Shown here piece by piece: positions 1 through 12,599 of a stretch of DNA of 64,000 nucleotides (positions within the stretch are counted from its first letter, which is position 1; every line of letters begins with the position of its first letter). Made by a program: the position numbers and the translations under genes. The stretch is from Azolla caroliniana. Its lineage: Eukaryota > Plantae > Polypodiophyta. The notes under the pieces are model-generated. The model was not told the origin of the DNA. It did not search any database and worked only from the letters and a program-made list of their open reading frames with translations. Location of the stretch: contig JBHGNT010000009.1 in NCBI GenBank assembly GCA_043228905.1, forward strand, positions 14,446,001 to 14,510,000. Reading direction: 5' to 3'.

Positions 1-3000
1 GTTGTCATCTTTGCCACCAGGGCAAAGGTCTCTTCGTAGTCAACGTCGTGCATTTGTGCGTAGCCTTTCGATACGAGTCGTGTTTTGTAGCGGTTGACAG
101 AACCGTCAGCGTTATACTTCACTTTGTAAATCCATCTGCATCCGATCGCCTTTTTGTGTGGTGAGGTGGGAACGAGATCCCACGTCTCATTCTTGCGTAG
201 TGCCTACATCTCCTCGTTCATGGCTTTGATCCATCGCGGATCCTTGGCTACTACGGAAAATGTTTCCGGCTCGCGTACTGTCGCCACCTTCATCATAAAG
301 GCATAGTGATATGCCATGTAGTCGTTGTAGCCCAATCGGCTGACTGGATTCTTTTCACGGGTGGAGCTACGGAGCTTTTCATTTGTAGAGATGAGGGCTT
401 TCTTAGCTCCGATTGGTACATCGAAGCCGCCGAACTCACTGTCAAGTGAGTGAGTCGACTCATCGTCGTCGAAGCGATCGTCTTCATATTCCAACATTTT
501 TGCCTTGCCTTTGTCCATCTTCAGGCTAGGTCGTGATGTGCTTTGATCGCTCGAGGGCTCTTGTGGCCCACTTAGCCTTGTGGTAACCAGGCTATCTTCG
601 AACATGTCTTCGAGGCGATCTCCACCTTCTCGCTCTTGTTCGATCGGTTCCGCGTCGATCGGGGTCGAAGTCGGAATCTTCTCTGGTGCGTACTAGGATG
701 CAGATTCGTCGAACACGACGTCTCGACTTACTCGAACTTTTCAGGTAGATGGGTTGTAGCATTTGTACCCCTTTTGTTCGAGTGAGTATCCTACGAGGAT
801 ACATTTCTCCGACTTTGGATCTAGCTTTTGCCGCTTTTCGTTGGTTATGTGCATGTATGCTATCGCGCCGAATATCCAGGTGTGCGATAAGTCCGGCTTC
901 TTTCCGAAGTATTTTTCGTGCAGAGTGACCTCGTGCACACCGGATGTTGTGCACCGGTTCATTAGGTAGACAGCCGTATTTGCAGCTTCGGCCCAATATG
1001 ACTTGGGCATATGCTTCTCATTCATCATGGCCCGCGCTACTTCGAGGATGTGCTGATTTTTGCGCTCGGCTACTCTGTTTTGTTGCGGAGTGTGTCGGCA
1101 AGTGAATTCTCGCCGAATTCCTTCTTTTCGGAGATACGCCGTGAAATCGTTCGAGAAGTAGTCCTTGCCGCCATCCGATCGAAGGCATCGTACATGACGA
1201 CCAGTGGCTTTTTCGACTTCATTTTTAAACCTTTGGAAGTGTCTAAACACTTCGCTCTTTTGTTGCATCGGATAGAGCCACGTGTGCATGGAGAAGTCGT
1301 CGATGAAGAGCACGTAATATCGGCATCTGCAGAACGTAGCCGTCTGCGCCGGTCCCCATACGTCGGAATGGACTACGTCGAGTAGACCTTTGCTCACGTT
1401 CCACTCTTTCGGGAATTGGTGTCGGTGTTGCTTGCCGAATTGGCACGCTTCGCATACTCCTTCAATCTCCTTCTCTTTGAATGTCGGGAGTCCAATGACG
1501 ACTCCTTTCGATTTCATTGCTTTGAGTTTGTTGAGATTGATGTGGCCGATTCGCTTGTGCCATAGTTCTATGTCAGAGTCAGCTTTCGTGCTTTTTGCGA
1601 ACATGGTGGATTTCATCTCGTGTGAATCGAGAATGAACATCCGGCCCTCTCTTCTTCCACGCGCGATGATTCGGCCCTCTTTTTCGATGAAGCACCCTTC
1701 TTGGTCGAATCGTACTTGCATCCCTTGCTCAACCATTTGACCGACCGAGACCAAATTCTTCGTGATGGTGGGAACATGCAAGACATTTTTAATGTATGTT
1801 TGCATACCTCTTTCGCCGAACAGAACATTGCCGATGTGCCGAATCGGGTGCGTAGTGTCATCTCCGGTTTCGACATAACCAGGTCGTTCCAGCTCTCAAA
1901 GTTCGAGAAACCATTCTTTATGAGATGTCATATGGTTTGAGGCTCCAGAGTCAACAAACCATACGTCCTCCAGATTGAGGGCACTAGTTGAGGTAGAGGC
2001 CGACATAGAGTCTGCTCTATGTTTCATCATGAACATTCCGCCACGGTCGGAGTTGTGTGCATACATTCCGCCACGATCTTCGTAGTCGGATTTGTGCTCG
2101 TACATTCCGTTATACTCTTCGTAGTCAGAATTGTGCACGTAATTCGTGAGTTGTCAGCTTGTGGAAGCCGATTCGCGCATCTTCTTTCGGCACTCTTCTT
2201 CGTGGTGGCCAAGCTTTCCGCAATATCCGCATTCGGTTATGTTTTGATGGCTCGGGCCAGAGTGGAAGCTCCCCCTTCTTGCGAAGGTTACTCGTTGTCT
2301 TCCATTTTGCGGCCGAAATTGGAAGTTGTTGTCGTAGGTCGGACCTCATCCGCCTTGTCCTTGGCCGAATCAACCTCTCGCTTGTCTGCGTCCTCTTCCT
2401 CCATTCGAGTGCGTGTAGAGTATGTAGCCTTCCGACTCATTGCTCCTTGTACGCACGTGGTTTTCTTCGACCAATAGCATTTATTGAAGCTCAAAGAAGG
2501 AGGGATATTTCTCCATTGCCAGAATGGCGGTTCGCATCGCGCCGAACCGTGGTGCGAGGCCGCCGAGGCATATTTGCACCATCCCATCATCATCGATATT
2601 TACGCTTATCGAGCCAAGCGAGTCGCAAAGCTCCTTGATCTTCAAGGTGTATGTCGTGATGGACATGTCCCTTTGTTGAATGTTGTTCAACTCTTGGCGG
2701 AGTTGAAGCCTTCTTGCGGTTGTGTTCGCCGCGAAAATCTTTCGTAGATTTTCCCATGCCTCCTTCGGCGTCTTGGCTTCGCGAATGTAGTCGAGCATGT
2801 GATCGTGAACACATGTCGGCAAGCAATACATCATGCGGCTTGTGTCTTGTTCCCATGTCACGTATAAGGGAGCCGTTTCGACGGGTCGGTCTTCGTGCTC
2901 TCCTTTGATGTAGCTCCAATAGCCTTGTCCGACAAGGTATTGGTGCATCTTGTACTCCCAAGATGCGAAGTTTTTTCGATCCAACTTCTCGGTAGGGAGA

Positions 3001-3167
3001 GCACTCTCCATTTGAGTATTCATTATGTCGATTCTTCTTCTTCTTCTTCTTCTTCTTCTCTCTTCGAATGCGAGCTATGTAGCGAAGCTACGATAGTGAT
3101 GGGCCAGTTCTTGGTCGTCGGCGTAGGACACATCGCATGTGGATGGGCTAGATCGAGCTACCATGTC

Positions 3168-3179
3168 GCTCTGATACCA
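3168..3179 (-). other. Primer-binding site complementary to tRNA-iMet
   Basis: TGGTATCAGAGC on the minus strand immediately after the LTR CA end. Confidence 0.92.
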
Positions 3180-3562
3180 TGTAAAGAATCACGAGATGGA
3201 TTCTATGCAGCGGAATAGATATGAACTTTGTGTGTGTATGAGAGAGAGTGAGAGAGACAAGGAGTAAGACACAGAGAATACACAAGGTAAAGTATATTAA
3301 CAAAGGAGAAAGACTCACCATTATACAAGGTGGGAGGAGGGTGCTTTATATAGTCACCCTCTCTCTTCATTAACTACAACACTCATGGAGCATGGGGAAT
3401 GTGAAAGCTCATAAGTTATATGTCATAGAATATGATTCTATGACTCATACTAAATGCTAGAATACAAAGTGGTGACATAATGGTGACTCTTGACTGTTGG
3501 AGTGTCTATTCACTCTCAAGGTGAGTTCACACACTAGACCAAGTTGAGCTTGATTCTCAACA
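3180..3562 (-). repeat. 5' LTR of Copia-1
   Basis: Minus strand reads TGTTGAGAATCAAGCTC...GATTCTTTACA, followed directly by the PBS. Same termini as LTR 45987-46437. Confidence 0.9.
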
Positions 3563-3624
3563 TTTTCTTTCATTGATTCAATGATGTTGTGGTGGTAGTT
3601 AATTGGTTGTATAAAACGTTTACA

Positions 3625-3880
3625 TATGTGTATGAGGTCAATACCTCATTTGACATATATTTGATATGTAATTCATGTCGTATGCGTACGAGTTTAATAC
3701 CTCAATTGTGTATTATGTTCACAAACATATGTTATGTATGCGTATGAGGTCAATACCTCGATTTCTATGTAAAGGATATGTGATTGGTGTCGTATGCGTA
3801 AGAGGTCAATACCTCAATTGTGTATTACGTTCACCCTTATCTTTAGATATTTCGTGTGCGTGAAGGCTATATGCCTCGAT
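3625..3880. repeat. Degenerate 56-bp tandem repeat (112-bp higher-order unit) with hairpin core GAGGT-caat-ACCTC
   Basis: Core at 3634, 3690, 3746, 3802 and, weakly, ~3862; spacers alternate in an A/B pattern. Confidence 0.75.
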
Positions 3881-4574
3881 TACGTATCTTGATTTACATC
3901 ATTCGTTGGTTATGTGATGTTACGATTTTTTTAAATATATGCATATGTAATCACGTGTATACATATTTAATCGCATACATGTGATAAACATAAATATATA
4001 TTAGTTTTTATTACGTGATTGAGTATGTCAAACGTTGTCCTTTTTGGGGAAAGGATCTTGGTGGCCGTCCTCACATTTTTCGGAGATTGGCATAGTCACC
4101 ATCCTTTTTTTCAACAATTTTTTTTTGTTGTCATCCCCGTTGGTCACCTCGATTTCGCTACGCGTTATAACGAACCAATCATAGCCACAATGATGTTGAG
4201 TGCATGGGACTGGACCCACTTCATGTGAGGTCGCTCCTATGACACATGCATCCAACATCCCTCCCTTGTTACATGGATACGATGCCACCATGAGATTATC
4301 ATTACGGAAGGCCTTCATAATGACGTAACCATGTGATGGGCCATGTGGACCTACTACAAAAAAGAGGGCTCATTTGGCTTGACCATTAGGTTGCACTTTG
4401 GCGTATGCCATCGTAATTATGAGACTTGAGGTCGGTAACGTACCAACATAGTTTTGAAGTAAACGAGGGGGAAATAAGGACTCTCGACATATATGTTTTC
4501 TTTTAAAAAACATATATATGGGCTAATGCTTTTTCATATCTCTTATACACAAAAAATAAACATTCAAAATGAGC

Positions 4575-4650
4575 GAACCGTTTGGTTAGCTCAAGTGTTT
4601 AATGCATTTGTTCTTGAGGTCTCAAGTTTAAATATCACTAATACCATACA
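4575..4650 (+). mobile_element. Possible tRNA-derived SINE head remnant
   Basis: GGTTAGCTCAAGTG (A-box-like) followed ~35 nt later by GAGGTCTCAAGTTTAAAT (degenerate B-box); no cloverleaf. Confidence 0.35.
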
Positions 4651-5548
4651 ACATTGTTGATCCATATGACTATCGCACATGTTTAGACTTTAGGTCTAAG
4701 TGCACTTCAGGGTCCACGTAATAGGACTTAAAGAGCCAAAACCACACGGGTGGGCACAGAGACATAGTTTATTGTTAACATTTTTTCGTGGCCCAAGCTG
4801 GCTCTCTAATTGAGCTCGGTATTTTACGAAACTTGAGTTTTTGGTCATGCCTTTCGGTTTGACCAATGCTCCGCCCACATTTCAACAAGAAATGAATGAC
4901 ATTTTCCGAGAACAACTTGGAAAATTTGTCATTATTTTCTTGGATGATATTCTAGTTTATAGTCGTACGTTAGATGAACATGCTAAACATGTCTGCTTTG
5001 TTTTACAAACATTGCGTGACAAACAATTCTACGCGAAGATCTCAAAATGCGAGCTCTTCAAGAAATCAATTACTTATCTTGGACATCTCACAACCGAATG
5101 AGGAGTTGAAATTGATCCTTCTTGCATCGAGAAAGTCAAACTTTGGCTCATTCTTTGGAATGTTTGAGAAGTTTGATCATTCCTTGGTTTTGTTGGGTTT
5201 TTGCGAAAATATCTTCGTAATTACTCCCAATTGATGACACCATTTACTGATCTTCTCAAAGGCCAAACGCGTTGTCGCATAAATCCATGGGTACGTGTTA
5301 GATCCGGAGCGAGACCATCGGGGTCTTGGACCTGAGAGAGACGGAGCATAGAAGGTCAAGCTTCAATGTTTCCAGCGACCGACCAAAACATTGACTAGAG
5401 CGTTTCCAGATACGTACCGAAGGCAACCGAATGAGAGAGGAAAAAGGACACGCACGCAACACCGACTAGACACGTGCTTCCTATGTATAAAAACCGAAAA
5501 GAAAGAACTCCAAAGACACCGGCATAGACATAGATGCACAGAACTTCA

Positions 5549-5604
<56 letters not shown>

Positions 5605-8600
5605 AGAGCAAGATACAACTACAGCTTCGATCCAGTCTAAGGTAGATTAGGTTACAGCAGTGGTCTACTGCCAAGCCGCCGATCGGGGAGCTCTCGGGCT
5701 CGTCGCGCCAAGCGGGGTCTTGCACAGGAGACATAGCAAAAGCGAAACCCCTAGGACGTACGAGCTCTCAACCGAACCCTTAACAGACACAAAGACTCAA
5801 CCCACACGACGACGAAGAAGAAGACCTAAAAGGAACCCTAAAAGAAAGTAAGAAAGTAAGAAGAAGAGACAACTAGCAAACCCTAGATCTCTAAGTGGCA
5901 TACCCTCCTAACTCAAAACTGGGCAACCCCTCATAAGAGCCCCTTCCTCTCCGTTTATAGTCCAAGGAGGGAAGGACGTTACAATGTGGGATAAATATCC
6001 CCCCTTTATTTTACATACATTTCCTAATGTAAATGTGCACATGTTGCACGCTCACTCCTTTGCCCATTCCATCCGGTTTTCTCACCGTAGCCGGGAATCT
6101 TAACGACATCCAACCCCACCAAACCGCACATCCACCAGAATGTGCCTAGAAAGGGAAAGAAGGTGAGAGACTTCTGGCGATGGTGATCAATCGGATCCTC
6201 CGCCATTTTGACACCCGGCTGCCATGCTGACCTTTACCAGTCCCGAACCATCAACTTTCGGGCAAGCCTCCTTTTTGGTTCGCACTTGCCTCTTCGTAGG
6301 CTCAATCCAACCTCCATCTTCGGTCGGTCGCCACGTCTTCTCCGAAAGCATGCTCGTCCTTTGGTCCTTGAGCGACCATATGCATGCCTCTTGCTCTGTC
6401 CTTTGTGTACCTTCCCGCGAAGGCACACTTCCTTCCCGACACCCGTGTCGATCCTTCGCTTCGGTGTCCTCCGTTGTCGCGTTGTTACGCGCGTGCGTGG
6501 AGAAAGGCGGGACCACGGGGGTCTTGGACTAGAGAGTGATGGAGCATAGGGAGTCGTGCTTCACTGTTTCTGGGGCATCCCAGAAACACACCGGAAGCAA
6601 CCGAAGGGAGAGAGAGAGAGTGTGTGTGTGTGTGTGTGTGCTTAACACCGACTCACGCACACACACACACACACACACACACAGCCCAACCCGACTCACG
6701 CCTTATGTACAGAAAACGCAAGAGAGGGTAAGCACCCGACGCCAACAACGACGCGAATATACACAGACAAACGTAAACGTATATGTATGTATATATAAGA
6801 AGAATACATTCCCGGCTTCGAGCCGGACTGAGGTAGGTTACAGTAGTCGTGTACAGCCAAGCCGCCGTCGGGGAGCTCTCAGCTCATCGCGCCGAGCGGG
6901 GTCTTGCACAGGAGGCCGAACCAAAGAAAACCCTAAGCAAAACACGAAGGGGAGAGAAGAAGGAGAAGAAACCTAACTCTAAACCTAACGGTATACCCTC
7001 TAATGCAAAATGGGCAACCCTTTCACAAAGGGTGTTCCCTTCCTTTTATAGAACAAGGACAGGGATGCGTTACAATGTGGGATAAATCCCGACTTACATG
7101 GGATCGTCTGTCCCGACTTGACTACTCTTCGGCGCCATAAAGGCGCCCTCGATATTCACACTAAATGTACATGGGTGCGTACACACGTTGCACCCCGCCG
7201 ATGTAGCCAATGTTCCCGGTTTCCGCCTCTGGCCGAAATTCTTCACGACATCAGCCCCCACCTAACCGCACATCCACCGGTATGTGCCAAGTCCGGTTGA
7301 AGGGTGAGAGATTTCGGTCGGTGAGAAACCGGTCTTCCGTGATCCGCATCCCGGCTCGCTGCCGGTTTGACCCGTCGGCTTCGAGTCTTCCTTCGCACTC
7401 GCCTCCCCGTAGGCTCGTTCGACCCGTCGATGGGTCCTCTACCGCGATCTCCGTAGTACGCGTACTTCCGTTGGCCCTTGTTCGGCCGTATGAACGCCCC
7501 GCTTCCTACCGTATGCCTGAGGTCCTCCGCTTGAGGCATGCCCGTAGTGGCCCGCTTGGCCTCCGTTGTCCAATCGTGATGTCCCGATGGTGTTTCACGT
7601 TGCCTTCGTCCTTCCGCCGCCACCTTCCTTCTTCATGGTCTTACATCGCCGCGTCGGCTCGAACCGCCATGGTCTCCGGAATGGTGTGGGAATCCCTTTT
7701 CGGTCGTCTCCGCGATACCTCCGAACCGTGCAACCTATCTCCGCGCTCGTCTTTCCGCTCCGGCACCTCCTTGTGCCATATACCCTCGTCCGTTGTTTGG
7801 CATTGCCTGTGTTGCACTCCTTGTCGGCCCCCTTTCCGGCCAGATCGTGCATCGCCACTTACCCGCATACCGGTGTCCTTGGTATCCGAGGAACACCCCG
7901 TAGTAGCCCGCTTGGCCCTTCCCGTCTTCGTGTTGCCGCGATAGGTCCAGAGTCTTCCGCTTGCCGTCGTCCCCTCGCCCCACCAGCTTGTCATCCCGGC
8001 TTGCCGTGTCAGTCTTCGCTACTTCGACGGAGCTACCGGGATCTACGAAGCGAGTGTGGAGGATCCTCCTCCAGCCTCTCTTGCTATCCCCTGACTCCGA
8101 CCTTGTGCAGTCCACTAGGCACTTGTCACCTCGTTCCCGGCACCTCCCTTGTGCCGTCTTCCGCTTCCTTCGTTCGGCCCCGCCCGCGCCGAACACCGTC
8201 TCGTAGTCACGCTTCAATCTGGCCCGCGATGGCCACTTGCGAGACCCTTGTTCTGTCCCAGGTGTGCCTTTCCGGCCTGACACACCTCCCCGTGTTTGCC
8301 CCTACCGGCTCCTTCCGAAACCTCGTTTCGTCGGGTCTCGTTCCCTGCCGCCACCGTCCTTCTCCCTCGGTCTCACGTTGCCATGTTGGCCGAACTGCCG
8401 GGGTCTCCGGATCGGTGTGAGGGTCTCATAGGACCGGACTCCGTGTCTATGCTGGCTGAAATTCGGGTGTCTTTTGTTTGAGTCCCTCCCGGAGTCTCCT
8501 CGTGTCTTCCGCGTAGTCGGGTCCCGTTTCCCGCCGCCACCAACCTTCTCCCTCGATCTTACGTTGCCACGTTGGCCGAACCGCCGGAGTCTCTGGTTAA

Positions 8601-9267
8601 GTGTGGGGATCCCGTAGGACCGGACTTCCTTACGCCCATAGCCTTCGTCACCTCGCCGCCACCGTCAGTATCTTGGTCTTACGTCGACCGCGTTGCCGAC
8701 TGCTGAAATCTCTAGAACCGGTGTGAAGCATCCTCCGTAGACCGCCCATCCGTAGCCCCTTTGCCTTCACCTCGCCGCCACCGTCAGTATCTTGGTCTTA
8801 CGTCGACCGCGTTGCCGACTGCCGAAGTCTCTAGAACTGGTGTGAAGGATCCTCCGTAGGCTGCCGATCCGTAGTTTCCCGACCCTGTCCCGGGTCGTCC
8901 TTTTCCGCATGCCGAGAGGGCATTTTGTTCCGCACCCTCTCCCATGGTACCGACGTACCATGTCCTTGGCCTCTTCATAGGCCAGCTCTCTTCCTCCCTC
9001 CCGGAATGGTCATCCGGGAGTCCGCTCCACCCGGTTCTCGTCTGGGTCCGTTCGTCCTTCTCCGGATTGCCGAGTCCCGTTCTCCTATCGCCACCGATCT
9101 CTCTTATAGGACTCACGCCGGCACTCAGGCCTGCAGCCGGATCGGTGTAAGGAATCCCATAGGACCGGCTTTCATTCTCCTTCCAAATCTCGACCTTCGC
9201 CCGGTCGGTCTTTCCCCCCATGTAAAAGAGGGCGGCTCGTCTCGTACCCCCTTCCGTATCGGTACTT

Positions 9268-10704
9268 TCATGCCGAATCCGACCCCGATCGAACGATCCA
9301 CGACTGGGTCACGCTCCACCCGTATCGGAATGCCGATCTCCTCGTGCCGCTTCCGTCCTTGGTCTCCTCGCAGGCCGTTTCCCATCCGTCTTCGCTGGCA
9401 TCGTGCCAAGACTCCTCGGTACCACCATCCATCTCCTCGGTCTTACATGGGCATACGGGCCCGAATGCCGAGTTCTCCGGAATTGAGTCTGTGGGCTTTC
9501 GTCCGCTCCTTCCCCATATCGTCTCGCCGATGATTCTTGGCCTTCCGCCACCTTCCTCCGTTTGGGACTCACGTGGGCACTCGGGCCCGACTGCCATCGT
9601 CTCGGGAGCAAGTGTGGGAAGACACAAAGAATCACCCGTCCGTTTTACGCCCTTGTCCATAGCCACCGACTCTTCGTGGTCGGCGGTCTTCTTCTTACCG
9701 ATCGCGCAAGCCCCGTCTGGGCTTGCTTCCCCAATGACCGGGATCTCGGGCTGACACGCCCGAAACCGCTAGTCCCAACGTTCCGGTTCCGCGATCGGTA
9801 TCTCGGCCTCGTCCTTGGCCGTTCTATCTCCGCAAGTCGAGAGGGCGTTTCGTTCCGCACCCTCTCCCGTCGTACCGTCGTACCGATCTTCCGCCGCCGC
9901 ATGGGGCAAGTCCGTCTCCCCAATCTTGGCTTGCGGCCTTGATCTTTCCTCTTCCTCGAGCATCGCCTCAAGAGCTGCGTACGCCTCCGCAATCCTGGCC
10001 CCAACACCGATCCTTGCCAACTCCCTTTTCCGTTCGGCCTCTTCCCACTGTGATGGCACGCCGTCGCACCCCTTCCTCTTAGCCTTCTCGGCTCGCTCTT
10101 TGTCTAGCCATTGGCACACCCTTCCGACCTTCGACCAGTCCTCCGTAAGCCCATTCGCTCCATCATCGTCTTCGAGCTCAATCCCGATGGCTTCCCGTTC
10201 CGCTCGGTCGATCGACCTGACGAACAAAAGGACTTTGTCCGCCCCCACCAAACCTTGTTCCCGCTCCGGGAGCCGAGCAAGCCACCGCTCGAACTCTCGA
10301 AACACCTTGGCAGCGCCCCGATGGGTCTTTGCCGATGCTACCCATTGGTCAAAGTCGTGTCGTCCCCGGCTCTTCCCCCGTCCTCCGTATGCCTTCAGGA
10401 GCGCCTCTTCGAAGGCCTCCCACGAACTATGAGCCTCATGGAGCTCCTTTATTTCCGCATGCATCCGGACAGCCACGACCCGACAGAAGAACTCCAGCCT
10501 CAACACCTCGTCTACGCCACGCTCCTCCATTTCCGTGTTGTAGGCTTCCAAGTAAGATGGGACTTTGTCCCCGTTGAAACGGCCGACTTTTTCGACCACT
10601 CGCTCAACCGCTTGTTGCGCTGCTTCTCGCCTCATCACCACTCATGCCGACTCCAACACCACTTCGGCCACCATCTCCGCAAGGTCATCTTCTTCCGACT
10701 CCAT
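9268..10704 (-). pseudogene. Gag-like ORF of element F (478 codons, two in-frame stops, no frameshift)
   Basis: MESEEDDLAEMV..GRFNGDKVPSYLEAYNTEM..LLFVRSIDRAERE.. is homologous to the gag of element B (GRFSGKDATSYLASYRAEM; LLFVKSVDKRDRE). ORF-track pieces 9769-10641 and 9268-9666 are in the same frame. Confidence 0.8.
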
Positions 10705-10719
10705 CCTCCCTTGCCGCCT

Positions 10720-10737
10720 TTCACGTCGGGTTCACCA
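10720..10737 (-). other. PBS complementary to tRNA-Trp (18 nt)
   Basis: The plus strand TTCACGTCGGGTTCACCA equals the 3' end of plant tRNA-Trp(CCA) as I recall it; it lies 4 nt from the LTR. Confidence 0.85.
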
Positions 10738-10871
10738 AAGATGTCGCGTTGTTACGCGCATGCGTGGAGAAAGGCGGGACCACGGGGGTCTTGGACTAGA
10801 GAGTGATGGAGCGTAGGGAGTCGTGCTTCACTGTTTCTAGGGCATCCCAGAAACACACCGGAAGCAACCGA

Positions 10872-10913
<42 letters not shown>

Positions 10914-12599
10914 TGCACACACACACACACACGCACACACAGCTCAACCCGACTCACGCCTTATGTACAGAAAACGCAGGAGAGGGTAAGCACCCGACGC
11001 CAACAACGACGCGAATATACACAGACAAACGTAAACGTATATGTATGTATATATAAGAAGAATACATTCCCGGCTTCGAGCCGGACTGAGGTAGGTTACA
11101 GTAGTCGTCTACTGCCAAGCCGCCATCAGGGAGCTCTCAGCTCATCGCGTCGAGCGGGGTCTTGCACAGGAGGCCGAACCAAAGAAAACCCTAAGCAAAA
11201 CACGAAGGGGAGAGAAGAAGGAGAAGAAACCTAACTCTAAACCTAACGGTATATACCCTCTAATGCAAAATGGGCAACCCTTTCACAAAGGGTGTTCCCT
11301 TCCTTTTATAGAACAAGGCCAGGGATTCGTTACAATGTGGGATAAATCCCAACTTACATGGGATCGTCTGTCCCGACTTGACTACTCTTCGGCGCCATAA
11401 AGGCGCCCTCGATATTCACACTAAATGTACATGGGTGCGTACACACGCTGCACCCCGCCGATGTAGCCAATGTTCCCGATTTCCGCCTCTGGCCGAAATT
11501 CTTCACGACACCGTACTCTTCAATACGTTGCTCCGCCCGAGGATCACCCCCTTTTGTCGGCCTCCTTGGCCCCCATCATTCTCGGTGATGCCTTGATTGC
11601 TTGTTCTGTGCCGCCGTCCGCTATCGCCTTCGTCCCCTCACCACCACCTTCCTTCTCCTCGGTCTTACGTTACCACGGGGGCCGAACTACCAAGGTCTCT
11701 GGAACCAGTGTGGAGGATCCCTCTCGGGCCTTCTCTTGAGGCCACCGACCCGTGCAATCCATCTCCACATCCGCGCACTTGTCCTGGCACTACGGTGTGC
11801 CATCCTCTCCTTCTCGACCTGGCCTCTCGAAAGGCTTGGTCTGACTGCCTCCTCGACTCGGCACCATCCCATGCTGAACTTCGGATCCCTTCGTGCTTGC
11901 CTCTCACCCCTTAGTGGCGCATGCATGTCCCTTACTTTGCCTCGATCTGTACCCTCTCAGTCGGGTACACCGCCTCTCCGTCTCGGTGGCCTTGGTAGCC
12001 TCCAACGTCGCTACTCGCCCACACCCACCAAACTGAACATCCACCAAAATGTGCCAAGAGGGAAAGAAGGTGAGAGATTTTCATTGACGTTGATCAAACC
12101 GGATCCTCCGCCATTCCAACACCGGCTGTCGTGCTGGCCTCTACCAGTCCTGAACCGTCAACTTTCGGGTTGTCCTCTTTTTCGGATCGCGCTTGCCCTT
12201 TCGTAGGCTCAATCCGACCTCCATCGTAGGTCACTCGTTGCAGCACCTTCAAATGCATTGCACATCACATTTACACTTTGTGAACTTTGTGGTTGTTCCT
12301 ATTCTTATTTTACAAATTCACTATGTGCATGTGCAATGTTGCACATCCCGTTTTTACTCGTTCCGCTCAATTTTCTCACCATAGTCGAAAATCCTCAAGA
12401 TAGCGTAAGTCTACAAAACATTTTGTGTGGAATGCGACATTACACCTCACCTTTAAGGAACTCAAGGACTTGGTGTGAAAAGCTCCTTTGCTTCTTTAAC
12501 CAGATCCTTCAAAACCTTTTCAAGTTGAAATCGATGCAAGCGATTATGCTATAGGTGTCATCCTATATCAAGATGGTAAACCAATAGCATTTGAGAGCG

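Larger units (their letters stand above)
1..3562 (-). mobile_element. Ty1/Copia LTR retrotransposon (Copia-1), 5' part; degraded; continues beyond window start
   Basis: 5' LTR 3180-3562, PBS 3168-3179, gag (2481-3023), CGYCGKLGHHEEEC zinc knuckle ~2185-2232, protease VWFVDSGASNHMT ~1915-1965, GAG-pre-integrase plus integrase (741-1805: WHKRIGH..CEAC, HSDVWGP, LRSDGGKDY), RT start (EPETF..W..AMNEEM, KKAIGCRWIYKVK) at 1-270. Order is gag-PR-INT-RT; frameshifts and stops present. Confidence 0.95.
6475..11510 (-). mobile_element. Complete Gag-only (TR-GAG-like) non-autonomous LTR retrotransposon F
   Basis: Near-identical LTRs 6475-7250 and 10742-11510 (TGTCG...CGACA), TSD CCGT (6471-6474 and 11511-11514), PBS 10720-10737, PPT at 7251-7275, gag-like ORF, no PR/RT/RH/INT motifs. 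Confidence 0.92.
5273..12402 (-). mobile_element. Non-coding non-autonomous LTR element E (Trp-Gypsy family relative), containing nested element F
   Basis: 3' LTR 5273-6108 (TGTCG..CGACA ends, (TA)n tract), family PPT GGATGTGCGGTTTGGTGGGGTTGGA at 6109-6135, diverged 5' LTR remnant ~12240-12402, TSD GCGT at 5269-5272 and 12403-12406. Confidence 0.75.

Noticed and set aside
3625-3880. CRISPR-like repeat-spacer array
   Set aside because: Spacers alternate and resemble each other (112-bp higher-order repeat), repeats are degenerate, there are no cas genes, and the context is eukaryotic.
5391-5734. ORFs with YIYI, MCMC or poly-Y runs (also 56368-56598, 59799-60002)
   Set aside because: These are translations of microsatellites.
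7210-9760. Many overlapping 100-280 aa ORFs on both strands (also 24100-26260)
   Set aside because: GC-rich, stop-poor TE interior; the frames are not preserved between copies F and C, unlike the gag ORF.
10720-10737. tRNA-Trp gene (also 17163, 27165, 33742)
   Set aside because: Only the 3' 18 nt including CCA are present, next to an LTR; these are primer-binding sites.
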